From the NCBI RefSeq assembly GCF_963921235.1, contig NW_026948141.1:62001-126000 (forward strand): a DNA stretch of 64,000 nucleotides, written 5' to 3'. Of this stretch, positions 51,026 through 63,357 are shown one piece after another. The notes beneath the pieces are model-generated. The model ran no database searches. It was not told where the DNA came from and saw only the letters and a program-made list of their open reading frames with translations. Within the stretch, counting starts at the first letter, position 1. Each line of letters opens with the position of its first letter. This DNA is from Mobula hypostoma. Taxonomy: Eukaryota. The position numbers were made by a program, and so were the translations under genes.

Positions 51026-51179
51026 GCGGATAAACAGAGGGGTAGCTCAAGCGGAGTGGCCTGTGGAAAGCGGCCAGTGCGTGAGTGGGCCAGTGAAGGA
51101 GTGGAGCTTTGAGGCTTTGACTCGAGAGGCTTTGATGAGAAGAGGCGGAGGACAAGCTTGCTCGCAGTTAGTCTTTACA

Positions 51180-52121
51180 ATGCCTCCTGAGACGGTGATG
51201 TGCCTCTCATGTGAGATGTGGCAGTCTTGGGGGAACGCCCCTCTCCCGCAGAGTCACATCTGCCAGAAGTGCATACGGCTGGGCGATCTGGAAGATCGTG
51301 TAAGGAATCTGGAGCAGCAGCTGGATGACTTTCGACTCATAAGGGAGAATGAGGCAGTCATAAATGAGAGCTACAGGGAGGTAGTCACACCTAGGCTGTC
51401 GGAAGCAGGTCGTTGGGTGACAGTCAGAGGGGGGAAAGCGAAGGTGAGCAGATAGGTAGTGCAGAGCACCCTTGTAGCCATTCCCCTGAATAACAAGTTT
51501 ACCGTCCTGGATACTGTTGGCGGGGACGACCGACCAGGTGTGAGCCACGGTGGCAGGGCCTCCGGCGCTGAGTCTGACCCTGTGGTGCTGAAGGGTGGGA
51601 AGGAGAAGAGGAGAGCTGTCGTCATTGGAGACTCTATAGTCAGGGGAGCAGACAGGAGATTTTGTGGATGTGAGAAGGACACCCGCATGGTTTGTTGCCT
51701 CCCGGGTGCCAGGGTCCGGGATGTCTCTGACCAGGTGCACAACGTCCTGGTACAAGAGGGAAAGCAGCCAGAAGTCGTGATACATGTTGGTATCAATGAC
51801 ATAGGCAGGAAGAGGGATGAGGCCCTGAAGTGTGGGTTTCGGGAACTAGGCAGAAGGCTGAAGAACAGGACCTCAAGGGTGGCGTTCTCAGGATTGCTGC
51901 CAGTGCTACGTGACAGTGATGGTAAGAATTGGAGGAGATGGCAGTTGAATGCGTGGCTGAGGAGCTGGTGCAGGGTGCAGGGTTTTAGATTTTTGGATCA
52001 CTGGGATCTCTTCTGGGGAAGGTGGGACCTGTACAGATTGGATGGGTTGCACCTGAACTCGAGGGGGAGCAATATCCTTGCAGGTAGGTTTGCTAGCATG
52101 GTTCGGGAAGGTTTAAACTAA
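51180..52121 (+). pseudogene. CR1 ORF1: CxxC..CxxC zinc finger, coiled coil, SGNH esterase; one in-frame TAG at 51453
   Basis: CLSC...CQKC, LEDRVRNLEQQL, GDSIVR, PGAR, HVGIND, DGLHLN. Confidence 0.9.
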
Positions 52122-53971
52122 TTTGCAAGGGGGATGGAACCTGGGGCGATAGAGCAGTGAAAGAAGTGCATGGAGTAAAGCCAGATCTAACATACAGAGA
52201 GGCTTTAAGGAAAGAGAAGCAGAATAAACGGTGTAAAGACAGTAAGGTAGAAGGGCTGAAATGTGTGTACCTCAATGCAAGAAGCATCAGGAACAAAGGT
52301 GATGAACTGAGAGCTTGGATACATACATGGAATTATGATGTAGTGGCCATTACAGAGACTTGGCTGGCACCAGGGCAGGAATGGATTCTCAATATTCCTG
52401 GATTTCAGTGCTTTAAAAGGGATAGAGACGGGGGAAAAGGGGAGGAGGGGTGGCATTACTGGTCAGGGATACCATTACAGCTACAGAAAGAGTGGGTAAT
52501 GTAGCAGGATCCTCTTTTGAGTCAGTATGGGTGAAAGTCAGGAACAGGAAGGGAGCAGTTACTCTACTGGGGGTATTCTATAGGCCCCCTGGTAGCAGCA
52601 GAGATACAGAGGAGCAGATTGGGAGGCAGATTTTGGAAAGATACAAAAATAACAGGGTTGTTATCATGGGTGACTTTAACTTCCCTAATATTGATTGGCA
52701 CCTGATTAGTTCCAAGGGTTTAGATGGGGCAGAGTTTGTTAAGTGTGTCCAGGACGGATTCCTGTCACAGTATGTGGACAGGACGACCAGGGGGAATCCA
52801 TACTAGATCTAGTACTAGGTAATGAACCGGGTCAGGTCACAGATCTCTCAGTGGGTGAGCATCTGGGGGACAGTGACCACCGCTCCCTGGCCTTTATAAT
52901 TATCATGGAAAAGGATAGAATCAGAGAGGACAGTAAAATTTTTAATTGGGGAAAGGCAAATTATGAGGCTATAAGGCTATATCTTGTGGGTGTGAATTGG
53001 GATGATGTTTTTGCAGGGAAATGTACTATGGACATGTGGTCGATGTTTAGGGATCTCTTGCAGGACGTTAGGGATAAATTTGTCCTGGTGAGGAAGATAA
53101 AGAATGGTAGGATGAAGGAACCATGGGTGACAAGTGAGGTGTAAAATCTAGTCAGGTGGAAGAAGGCAGCATACATGAGGTTTAGGAAGCAAGGGTCAGA
53201 TGGGTGTATTGAGGAATATAGGGAAGCAAGAAAGGAGCTTAAGAAGGGGCTGAGGAGAGCAAGAAGGGGGCATGAGGCCTTGGTGAGGAGGGTAAAGAAA
53301 AACCCCAAGGCATTCTTCAATTATGTGAAGAACAAAAGGATGACAGGAGTGAAGGTAGGACCGATTAGAGATAAAGGTGGGAAGATGTGCCTGGAGGCTG
53401 TGGAAGTGAGCAAGGTCCTCAATGAATACTTCTCTTCGGTATTCACCAATGAGAGGGAACTTGATGATGGTGAGGACAATATGAGTGAGGTTGATGTTCT
53501 GGAGCATGTAGACATTAAGGGAGAGGAGGTGTTGGAGTTTTAAAATACATTAGGACGGATAAGTCCCCGGGGCCTGACGGAATATTCCCCAGGCTGCTCC
53601 ACGAGGCGAGGGAAGAGGTTGCTGAACCTCTGGCTAGGATCTTTATGTCCTCGTTATCCACGGGAATGGTACCGGAGGATTGGAGGGAGGCAAATGTTGT
53701 CCTCTTGTTCAAAAAAGGTAGTAGGGATAGTCTGGGTAATTATAGACCAGTGAGCCTTACGTCTGTGGTGGGAAAGCTGCCGGAAAAGATTCTTAGAGAT
53801 AGGATCTATGGACATTTAGAGAATCATGGTCTGATCAGGGACAGTCAGCATGGCTTTGTGAAGGGCAGATTGTGTCTAACAAGACTGATAGAGTTCTTTG
53901 AGGAGGTGACCAGGCATATAGATGAGGGTAGTGCAGTGGATGTGATCTATATGGATTTTAGTAAGGCATTT

Positions 53972-56403
53972 AGTAGTAGTGGTAGTAGTCATACTTTATT
54001 GATCCCGGTGGAAATTGGTTTTCGTTTCAGTTGTACCATTAATAATTAAACAGTAATAAAACCATAAATAGTTAAATAGTAATATGTAAATTATGCCAGG
54101 AGATAAGTCCAGGACCAGCCTATTAGCTCAGGGTGTCTGACCCTCCAAGGGAGGAGTTGTAAAGTTTGATGGCCACAGGCAGGAATGACTTCCTATGACG
54201 CTCTGTGTTGCATCTCAGTGAAATGAGTCTCTGGCTGAATGTACTCCTGTGCCCACCCAGTACATTATGTAGCGGATGGGAGACATTGTCCAAGATGGCC
54301 TGCAACTTAGACAGCATCCTCTTTTCAGACACCACCATGAGAGAGTCCAGTTCCATCCCCACAACATCACTGGCCTTACGAATGAGTTTGTTGATTCTGT
54401 TGGTGTCTGCTACCCTCAGCCTGCTGCCCCAGCACACAACAGCAAACATGATAGCACTGGCCACCACAGACTCGTAGAACATCCTCAGCATCGTCCAGCA
54501 GATGTTAAAGGACCTTAGTCTCCTCAGGAAATAGTGACGGCTCTGACCCTTCTTGTAGACAGCCTCAGTGTTCTTTGACCAGTCCAATTTATTGTCAATT
54601 TGTATCCCCAGGTATTTGTAATCTTCCACCATGTCCACACTGACCCCTGGATGAAAACAGGGGTCACCGGTACCTTAGCTCTCCTCAGGTCTACCACCAG
54701 CTCCTTAGTCTTTTTCACATTAAGCTGCAGATAATTCTGCTCACACCATGTGACAAAGTTTCGTACCGTAGCCCTGTACTCAGCCTCATCTCCCTTGCTG
54801 ATGCATCCAACTATGGCAGAGTCATCTGAAAACTTCTGAAGATGACAAGACTCTGTGCAGTAGTTGAAGTCCGAGGTGTAAATGGTGAAGAGAAAGGAAA
54901 ACAAGACAGTCCCCTGTGGAGCCCCAGTGCTGCTGATCACTCTGTCGGACACACAGTGTTGCAAGCACATGTACTGTGGTCTGCCAGTCAGGTAATCAAG
55001 AATCCATGACACCAGGAAAGCATCCACCTGCATCGCTGTCAGCTTCTCCCCCAGCACAGCAGGGCGGATAGTGTTGATCGCACTGGAGAAGTCAAAAAAC
55101 ATGACCCTCACAGTGCTCGCTGGCTTGTCCAGGTGGGCGTAGACACGGTTTAGCAGGTAGACGATGGCATCCTCAACTCCTAGTCGGGGCTGGTAGGCGA
55201 ATTGGAGGGGATCTAAGTGTGGTCTGACCATAGGCCAGAGCAGCTCCAGAACAAGTCTCTCCAGGGTCATCATGATGTGGGAGGTCAATGCCACTGGTCT
55301 GTAGTCATTGAGGCCGCTGGGGCGCGGTGTCTTCTGCACAGGGACGAGGCAGGATGTCTTCCACAGTACAGGAACCCTCCAGAGCCTCAGGCTCAGGTTG
55401 AAGACATGGTGAAGTACTCCACATAGTTGAGGGGCACAGGCTTTGAGCACCCTGGTACTGACACCATCCAGTCCTGCAGCCTTGCTCGGGTTGAGACGTT
55501 TCAGCTGTCTTCTCACCTGTTCAGCTGTGAAGCCCACCGGTGGTTTCGTGTGGGGAAGGGGTATAGTCTTGAGAGCAGGGTGGGGGACTGTGAGGAGGGG
55601 TAGGAGGGGAGAGTGGAATATGTGTTGGCTGGGGGCTGACAACAGATGACTCATGTGGGGGCTGGGCAAGGGCCACAATGTCAAATCTGTTAAAGAACAG
55701 GTTAAGTTCGTTGGCCCTGTCCACGCTGCCTTCAGCTCCTCTGTTGCTAGTTTGCCGGAACCCAGTGATGGTCCTCATCCCACTCCAGACCTATCTCATG
55801 TTGTTCTGCTGAAGTTTCCACTCAAGCTTCCTCCTGTACCTGTCTTTAGCCTCCCTGATCCTGGCTTTCAGATCCCTCTCTATTGCCCTCAGCTCCTCCC
55901 TATTTCCATCTTTAAACACCCTCTTTTTAGCGTTCAGGATATCCTTAATGTCCTTTATTACCCATGGCTTGTTATTTGAATAACAAAGGATAGTTCTTGT
56001 CGGAACATTGCAGTCCACACAGAAGTTGATGTAATCAGTGATGCACTCTGTGAGCCCATCAATGTCCTCTCCATGTGGCTCACAGAGTGTCTGCCAGTCT
56101 GTCACCTCAAAACAACCCTGGAGCGCCTCATTAAGCCTCCTCCGACCATTTCCTCACTGTCCTCGAGGTTGCAGGTTTACTCTTCACCAGAGGCCCGTAG
56201 CAGGGTTTTAGATGCACCAGGTTGTGATCTGACCTTCCCAATGGGGGGAGGGGAGAGGAGCTGTATGCATCCTTAACGTTAGCGTACATCAAATCCAGAG
56301 TCCTCTCCCCTCTGGTCATACAGCTCACATACTGCGTGAAGTTGGGCAGTCTTCTAGCCTTGGTTACATGGTTGAAGTCACCCGAGATGGTAATGAGGGC
56401 ACT
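53972..56403 (-). mobile_element. Young 5'-truncated Rex1/Babar LINE (APE C-terminus + RT)
   Basis: SGDFNH, SDHNLV, KAAGLDG, DYRPVALTS, FFDFSSA, TGAPQGTV, QKFSDD; AATAAA + (CTA)-like tail; CATTT at both ends (53967-71 / 56404-08). Confidence 0.95.
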
Positions 56404-58161
56404 CATTTGACAAGGTTCCAAATGGTAGTCTTATTCAGAAAGTCAGAAGGCATGGGATCCAGGGAAGTTTGGCCAGGTGGATTCAGAATTGGCTTGCTTG
56501 CAGTAGGCAGAGGGTCGTGGTGGAGGGAGTACATTCAGATTGGAGGGTTGTGACTAGTGGTGTCCTACAAGAATCTGTTCTGGGACCTCTACTTTTCGTG
56601 ATTTTTATTAACGACCTGGCTGTGGGGGTGGAAAGTGGGTTGGCAAGTTTGCAGACGACACAAAGGTTGGTGGTGTTGTAGATAGTGTAGAGGATTGTCA
56701 AAGATTGCAGAGAGACATTGATAGGATACATAGACATCTGTACATAGACAGATACATAGCCCATAGACATTGTGGGCTGAGAAGTGGCAGATGGAGTTCA
56801 ACCCGGAGAAGTGTGAGGTGGTACACTTTGGAAGGATAAACTCCAAGGCAGAGTACAAAGTAAATGGCAGGATACTTGGTAGTGTGGAGGAGCAGAGGGA
56901 TCTGGGGGTACATGTCCACAGATCCCTGAAAGTTGCCTCACAGGTAGATCGGGTAGTTAAGAAAGCTTATGGGGTGTTACCTTTCATAAGTCGAGGGGTT
57001 GAGTTTAAGAGTTGCGATGTAATGATGCAGCTCTATAAAACTCTGGTTAGGCCACACTTGGAGTACTGTGTCCAGTTCTGGTCGCCTCACTATAGGAAGG
57101 ATGTGGAAGCATTGGAAAGGGTACAGAGGAGATTTACCAGGATGCTGCCTGATTTAGAGAGTATGGATTATGATCAGAGATTACGGGAGCTAGGGCTTTA
57201 CTCTTTGGAGAGAAGGAAGATGAGAGGAGACATGATAGAGGTGTTCAAGATATTAAGAGGAATAGATAGAGTGGATAGCCAGCGCCTCTTCCCCAGGGCA
57301 CCTCTGCTCAATACAAGAGGACATGGCTTTAAGGTAAGGAGTGGGAAGTTCAAGGGGGATATTAGAGGAAGGTTTTTTACTCAGAGAGTGGTTGGTGCGT
57401 GGAATGCACTGCCTGAGTCAGTGGTGGAGGCAGATACACTAGTGAAGTTTAAGAGACTACTAGACAGGTATATGGAGGAATTTAAGATGGTGGGTTATAT
57501 GGGAGGCAAGGTTTGAGAATTGGCACAACATTGTGGGCTGAAGGGCCTGTACTGTGCTGTACTATTCTATGTTCTATGTTCTATGATCTTTGGACTGTGG
57601 CGGGAAACCAGAGCATCTCTCTTACCTTAAGTGTATGCCCTCTGGTATTATACATTTCAACTCTGGGGGAAAAGGTACCGTCTGTCTACTCTATCTACAT
57701 CTCTCATAATCTTGTAAACCTCTGTCAGATCTCCCCTCAGTCTCTGCCACTCCAGAGAAAACAACCAAAATTTGTCCAACCTCTTGTTATAGCTCCTACC
57801 CTCTAATCCAGTAAGTATCCTGGTAAACCACTTGTGCACCCTCCCCAAAACCATTCTAATTGAGTGACAGAATTTAGTTTATATTTATGAAAGGGATGTG
57901 GGGTTCACAGGCTGAGCCAGTGTTCAATTGTCCATCCCTAGCTGCCCTGGAGAAGATGGCTGTGAGCTGCCTTTTCAAACTCCTGCAGGCCTTGAGGTGT
58001 GGGCGGAATGCTGTTTCGGGGGTTATTTCCAGTGACTGTTCAACTTCAAGTTCAATTGTCATACAACCAAAGGAAACTACATTTGTCTGGGGCCAAGGTG
58101 CAAAACACAGAACCATCGCTCACACACAGCACACAGTGCATATCGCACATATCACACATAT

Positions 58162-58688
58162 GATGATGGCTGGTTCTTTATTTGTGAAGATCAGGAGGGA
58201 ACTCCATCGCTATAGGACTTTTCTTCCTGCCTGCGCTGCATAGGTTTATAGTGGCGATTGGTGTGCACGGACCGATTCCACTCTTTAGGCCAGGGGACAT
58301 TCCCCAATGGCACAGTGAGCTGCAGCGACTGCAAGGCTGTAGGTCGAGTATCGGAGTTTTCCTTCTCCGAGAGACTGCCTGGCACAGCCAACAAATCCCA
58401 TCTACCCAGGTTTGGAATCGGAGTTGTCCTTCTCCTAGCCAAGGCTGATGAGCCCACCCAGTAATACTGCTGGATACTCGGTCGCGTCATCAGATAGTAA
58501 ACTCAGTAAGAACAGGGACGCCACGTGAAGGCGTTGCTATGGGCACAGTCGTGTAGGAGAGGCCATATGCGAGTGACCTCCTGCGTAGCAAACCTAACAG
58601 TGATCCTACAGCTGGAAAAGAGGGGCTATGGGGGTGCTTTACCTTCCTTAAGTGAGCAGGACATCCAGCCCAAGGCTCACCTGTCCCC
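58162..58688 (-). mobile_element. ORF-less RTE-related short element, family B, apparently full-length (~527 bp)
   Basis: Two ggagaagga(a/c)aactccgat motifs; AATAAA...(CAT)n tail; imperfect TSD at(ca/ag)cacatat on both sides. Confidence 0.7.
58494..58688 (-). ncRNA. Candidate HDV/CPEB3-like self-cleaving ribozyme (P4-less)
   Basis: P1 GGGGAC/GUCCCU with G1.U wobble; P3 GCC/GGC; L3 UUCACGU; GU after P1'; J4/2 CUGA; P2 AUAGCAAC/GUUUACUAU. G1 coincides with the element's 5' end. Confidence 0.7.
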
Positions 58689-59109
58689 ATAGCACATATA
58701 ATTATAGCAAGAAAATAAACACAGATACAAAAAATAACAATAGTACTAATAGTATTAAAAAATAATAATCTAGCCCTAGTGTCTGAATGGCTTGGCCTGT
58801 AAATTGACGGTGCATGGGATGTTGTCCTGGAGCTTCTTGTTTGTAAGAACAGTTCCGCAGCCGTTCCAAATCTCACGCAATGCAGCCACAGACAGAGAAA
58901 ATCCAGGTTGTCTCCCACCGAACAAACACTGGAGAGCGGCACTGACAGGAGAAGCCAGCTTTCAACCCAGCGCGGAATCCAGCAGCACACAGCCAGCTCT
59001 CACGTCTCCTTCCCCGAGACCACAACTGGCAACCCCAGTACATAAATGAGGCCTGTTCCACACCACAACCAAGGCCACGCGGCTACCCTGCTGTTGATTT
59101 GACCAATGA

Positions 59110-59490
59110 AAAACATAGAAACATAGAAAACCTACAGCACAATACAGGCCCTTCGGCCCAAAAAGCTGTGCCGAACATGTCCTTACCTTAGAAATTACTA
59201 TGCTTACCCATAGCCCTCTATTTTTCTGAGCTCCATGTACCTGTCCAAAAGTCTCTTAAGAGACCCTATCGTATCCGCCTCCACCACCGTTGCCGGCAGC
59301 CCATTCCATGCACTCACCACTCTCTGAGTAAAAAACTTACCCCTGACACCTCATCTCCTCTGTACCTACTCCCCAGCACCTTAAACCTGCGTCCTCTTGT
59401 AGCAAGTATTTCAGCCCTGGGTAAAAGCCTCTGACTATCCACACAATCAATGCCTCTCATCACCTTATACACATCTATCAGGTCACCTAT
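59110..59490 (-). mobile_element. CR1 3' fragment, (TTTCTATG)n tail
   Basis: Same family as 29909-31097. Confidence 0.85.
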
Positions 59491-59508
59491 ATATAACAGC
59501 AATATATT

Positions 59509-59605
59509 CAGTCCTGCTGAAGGGTCTCTGCCCGAAATGTCGACTGTATTCTTTTCCATAGATGCTGCCTGGCCTGCTGAGTTCCTCCAGCATTGTGTGC
59601 GTTTT
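59509..59605 (+). mobile_element. Penelope-derived terminal repeat with mutated hammerhead core
   Basis: cagtc-CTGCTGA-agggtctctgccc-GAAATGTC-gactg. Confidence 0.7.
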
Positions 59606-60444
59606 GCTGATATATTTCCAAGTTAGGATAGTGTGTGGTTTGGAGGGCAACTTCCAGGGGCTGGTGGTTAGAGGTGGTGGATCTTGGTGGGTTACTGCAG
59701 TGTGTCCTGTAAATGATACAAACAGCTACTATTGCGCATCAGTATTGGAGTGAGTAAATACAGGTAGTTGTGCATGGTCTGCCTGTCAAATGGGCTGCTG
59801 TGTCCTGTATCTGTTGTCAAGATTCTTGTGTTATTGAAGCTGCACTTAAAGTTCAAAGTAAATTTATTATCAAAGTACATATGTGTCACAATATACAACA
59901 CCGAGATTCATTTCCGTGTGGGTACTCACAGTAAATACAAAGCAACACAATAGAATCATTGAAAGACCACACCCAACAGGACAGACAAACAACCAATGTG
60001 CAAAAGACAATACGTAAAGAATAAAGAAACAGTAGATATTGAGAACATGAAATGAAGTCCTTGAAAGTGAAAGACGAATGGAGAGTGTTCTACCACACTC
60101 CCGACTTGAGCCTTGTAGATGATGGATGGGCTTTTGGCAGGTGGGGGGTGAGTTACTCACTGCAGGAATCCCAGTCTCTGACCTGTTCTTGTAGTCATAC
60201 AGTGTGCTCAGCGAATCCAGTTCAGACTCTGATGATCTACAATGCTCGATATCAATAGTGGGGCCTTCAGTGATTGTAATACTATCAAATGTCAGGGTGG
60301 GAGCTGGATCTTGTTGCATATCGTCATTGCCCAGCTCTGGTGTGGCAGTCATGTTATTCATCACCTATCAGCCCAGCCCGGATATTGTCATTTGGATATT
60401 GGTTGCTTCATTATCTGAGGAGATACAAATGGTCTTTCTTTTTA

Positions 60445-60690
60445 GTGATACAGCACGGTAACAGGCACTTTTGGCCCAACAAGCCCATGCTGCCCAGTAA
60501 CATCCATGTAGGCAATTAATTTACTAACCTGTACATCTTGGGACTGTGGGAGGAAACCAGAGCATCCGGAGGAAACCCACGCGGTCATAGGGACAATGTA
60601 CAAACTCCATATAGACAGTGGCAGAATTGAACCCGGTTTGCTGGCACTGTAATAGCGTTCTGCTAACCACTACAATACTGACCACCCCAT
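60445..60690 (-). mobile_element. V-SINE (HE1-like)
   Basis: Reverse complement contains gggttcaattc and gcgtgggtttcctccggatgctctggtttcctcccacagtcccaagatg. Confidence 0.85.
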
Positions 60691-61049
60691 ATTCTGACCT
60701 TACGTGGAATGAAGGTGACTGATGAAGTAGCTGAAGATGGCTGGGCTGAGGATACTGCCCAGGGAACTCCTGCAGAGTTGTCGTGGTGAGATGATTGACT
60801 CCAACCTGCACGACCATCTTCCTCTGAGCTCAGTACGATTCCAGTCAGTGGAGGGATTTCCCCCCGAGTTCCACTGATTCCAGTTTAACTAGTGTTCCTT
60901 GATGCCGAACTTGATCAGATGTTGCTGTGATGGTGAGGGCAGTTCCCCTCATTCCACATCTGGAGTGCCGCGCTTTGTCCATGTGTGGGCCGAGCTGCAG
61001 TGAGGTCAGGAGCCGAGTCAATCTGGCAGAACCCGAGAGTCAGGGGACA

Positions 61050-62166
61050 CCATAGCACAGAAACAGACTCTTCAGCTCATTTAGTTTGTGCCAACTAGTA
61101 TTTTGCCAAGTCCCATCAACATGCACCTGAACCATAGCCCTCCATACCCCTGCCATCCATATACCTGTGTAAGCTGTGCTGAAATGTTGGCATCAAATCT
61201 GCATTCAACACGTCTGCTGGCAGCATGTTCCACACTCTCACCATCCTCCGAGTGAAGAAATTCTTCCTCATGTTCTCCTTAAACACTTCATCTTTCATCC
61301 TTAGCCCAAAACCTCTAGTTCTAGGCTCACCCAACCTCAGTGGAAAATGCCTTCTTACATTTATCATACCTATAACCCTCATATTCTGTATACTTCTACC
61401 AAGTCTCCACTCATTCTCCTACGCTCCAGGAAATAGGATCCTAACCTATTCAAACTTTCCCTGTCACTCGGGTCCTCAAGTACTGGCAACATCCTTGTCA
61501 ATTTTCTCTGAACTCTTTTAATCTTATTGATACTGTATCTTTCCTGTAGGTAGTTGACCAAATCTGTACACAATACTCCAAATTAGGCCTTACCAATGCC
61601 TTATACAATTTCTGCATAACATCCCACCTCCTGTACTCAATACTTTGAATTATGAAGGCCAGTATGCCAAAAGATCTCTTTGTGGCCCTCTCTACCTGGG
61701 ATTCCGCTATGTGGATCTATATTCCCAGATCCCATGTCCTATTGCATTCCTTCATGTCCCATGTAAGTCCTACCCTTTGTTCTCCCAAAGTGCAACACAT
61801 TATACTTGTCCGCAGTAAGTTCCAATTTTCAGTCCATTTTCCTGCTGGTCCACTGCATTCTGCAACTTTGACAGCCTTCCTCACTATCCACTACAGCCCA
61901 GTCTTGGTGTCACCCACAAAGTTGCTGATCTAGTTTATCACATTGTCATCCGGATCATTGATATAGATGATAAACAAAGGTCCCAGAGTGATTCTGCGGC
62001 ACACCACTAGTCACAGGCTGCCCGTCAGTGAGGCAACCAGTCTCAGGCTTCTCTCATGAGGTCAATGTTTAATCCAATTGACTACCTCATCCTGAATGCT
62101 GCGCGACTGAATCTTCTTGACCAATACTGTACCCCATGTGGGACCTTGTCAAATGCCTTGCCAAAG
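61050..62166 (-). mobile_element. Decayed CR1, 5'-truncated at the FGKAFDKVP motif
   Basis: ORFs 61116-61382 and 61379-61573; gggaccttgtcaaatgccttgcc at its 5' end. Confidence 0.85.
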
Positions 62167-62277
62167 TAACGCTCATCCTAAATTTTGTGAGTGGGTGTCA
62201 CCGCAAGGAAGAAGCACCATTGGTTATCCCACTGATATTTTCCTTGTGTTCCTAATGTTCCCTTCTTTTTTCCACAG

Positions 62278-62475
62278 GAACTGTATGTGGCGTACAACAA
62301 CATCTCAGACGTTAGCCCGGTCAGCATGCTAGAGCACCTGGAAGTGCTCGACCTGGAAGGGAACAATATCGAAGATATTGTGCAGATCCACTACATAGCT
62401 CTGTGCCACAGGCTGAATACCCTCACGCTGGAAGGAAACCCTTTGTGCTTTCAACAAAACCCAGGGGCCGCAGAG
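62278..62475 (+). CDS. LRRC56: LRRC56 next coding exon (198 nt; ELYVAYNNISDVSPVSMLEHLEVLDLEGNNIEDIVQIHYIALCHRLNTLTLEGNPLCFQQNPGAAE)
   Basis: Strong polypyrimidine tract ending ccacAG, donor GAG|GTAACA. The LRR repeats match recalled human ELYASYNNISDLSPLCLLEQLEVLDLEGN...LTLEGN and join the upstream exon in frame. Confidence 0.95.
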
Positions 62476-62777
62476 GTAACATGAGTACATTACTTTCATT
62501 ATGAGTGTGGTTATGATGGTTTTCATTAAATATTATTTACAATCATTGGAACTAATTTAGGAATTACTGTAATGTTGTGATTACCTTCCTGGACTAGTAA
62601 TGCAGAGGCCTGAACTGAAGATGTGTTCAAATTCCACATTACACCTGGGAAGTCAAAGTCAAAGTGACTTTATTATCAACGTACACAAATGTCACCATAT
62701 ACTACCCTGAGATTCATTGTTTTTTGCATTTATAGGAAAATAAAGAAATGCAATAGAATTTATTAAAAACGGTATAT

Positions 62778-63035
62778 GGCATGGCAACATAGCAGTTAGC
62801 GTAATGCTTTAAAACACCAGTGACGTGGGTTCAATTCCTTCCACTGTCTATAAGGAGTTTGAGTGTTCTCCCTGTGACTGCATGTTTTCCTCCGGGTGCT
62901 CTGGTTTCCTCACATATCCCAAAGACATGCGGGTTAGTAGATAATTGGTCATATAGGTGTCATTGGGCAGTGCGGCTTGGTGAACTGGAAGTGCCTGTTA
63001 CTGTGCTGTATCTCTAAATAAAATAAAAATAAATA
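62778..63035 (+). mobile_element. V-SINE (HE1-like)
   Basis: A/B-box-like head, V-domain core, ctgtatctctaaataaa tail. Confidence 0.85.
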
Positions 63036-63357
63036 CAAAATAAACAAAGATTGGCAAACAACCAATGTACAAAAGAAAACAAATAAAAAATAAATAATAC
63101 TGAGAACATGAATTATCAAGTTCTTGAAAGTGATCACCTAATTAAATATCGAATTAAAATGATCAAATGAGTCTTCCTTCCTTTGTGTGCAGTCTATACA
63201 TATGAGCAAGTGTTTGAGTTTGGATTTGCCGGGTGCTCCAGGCAGCGGGCATCTTCAGCTCAGCGCTGTATTTCTGACTGGCAGGTGGGTCAGGGATATG
63301 AAATCCTGCCATAACCCGGAGAACACAACGGTCAGTAACAAATTAGTATCTTTATGG

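Larger units (their letters stand above)
51030..57585 (+). mobile_element. Near full-length CR1 LINE (5'UTR, ORF1, ORF2, (TTCTATG)n tail), split by a Rex1/Babar element
   Basis: ORF2 motifs YLNARSIRNK, AITETW, GDFNFP, SDH, KSPGPDG, NYRPVSLTS, DFSKAF|DKVP, FADD and RPHLEYC; several frameshifts and stops. Confidence 0.95.
57875..61045 (-). mobile_element. Old CR1-superclade LINE fragmented by later insertions (pieces at ~57875-58035, 59610-59830, 60075-60420, 60690-61045)
   Basis: Collinear minus-strand remnants, including ..HQGTLVKLES..LHWLESY..RKMVV and PTLTFDSITITEGPTIDI, with the 3' end at 57875. Confidence 0.6.
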
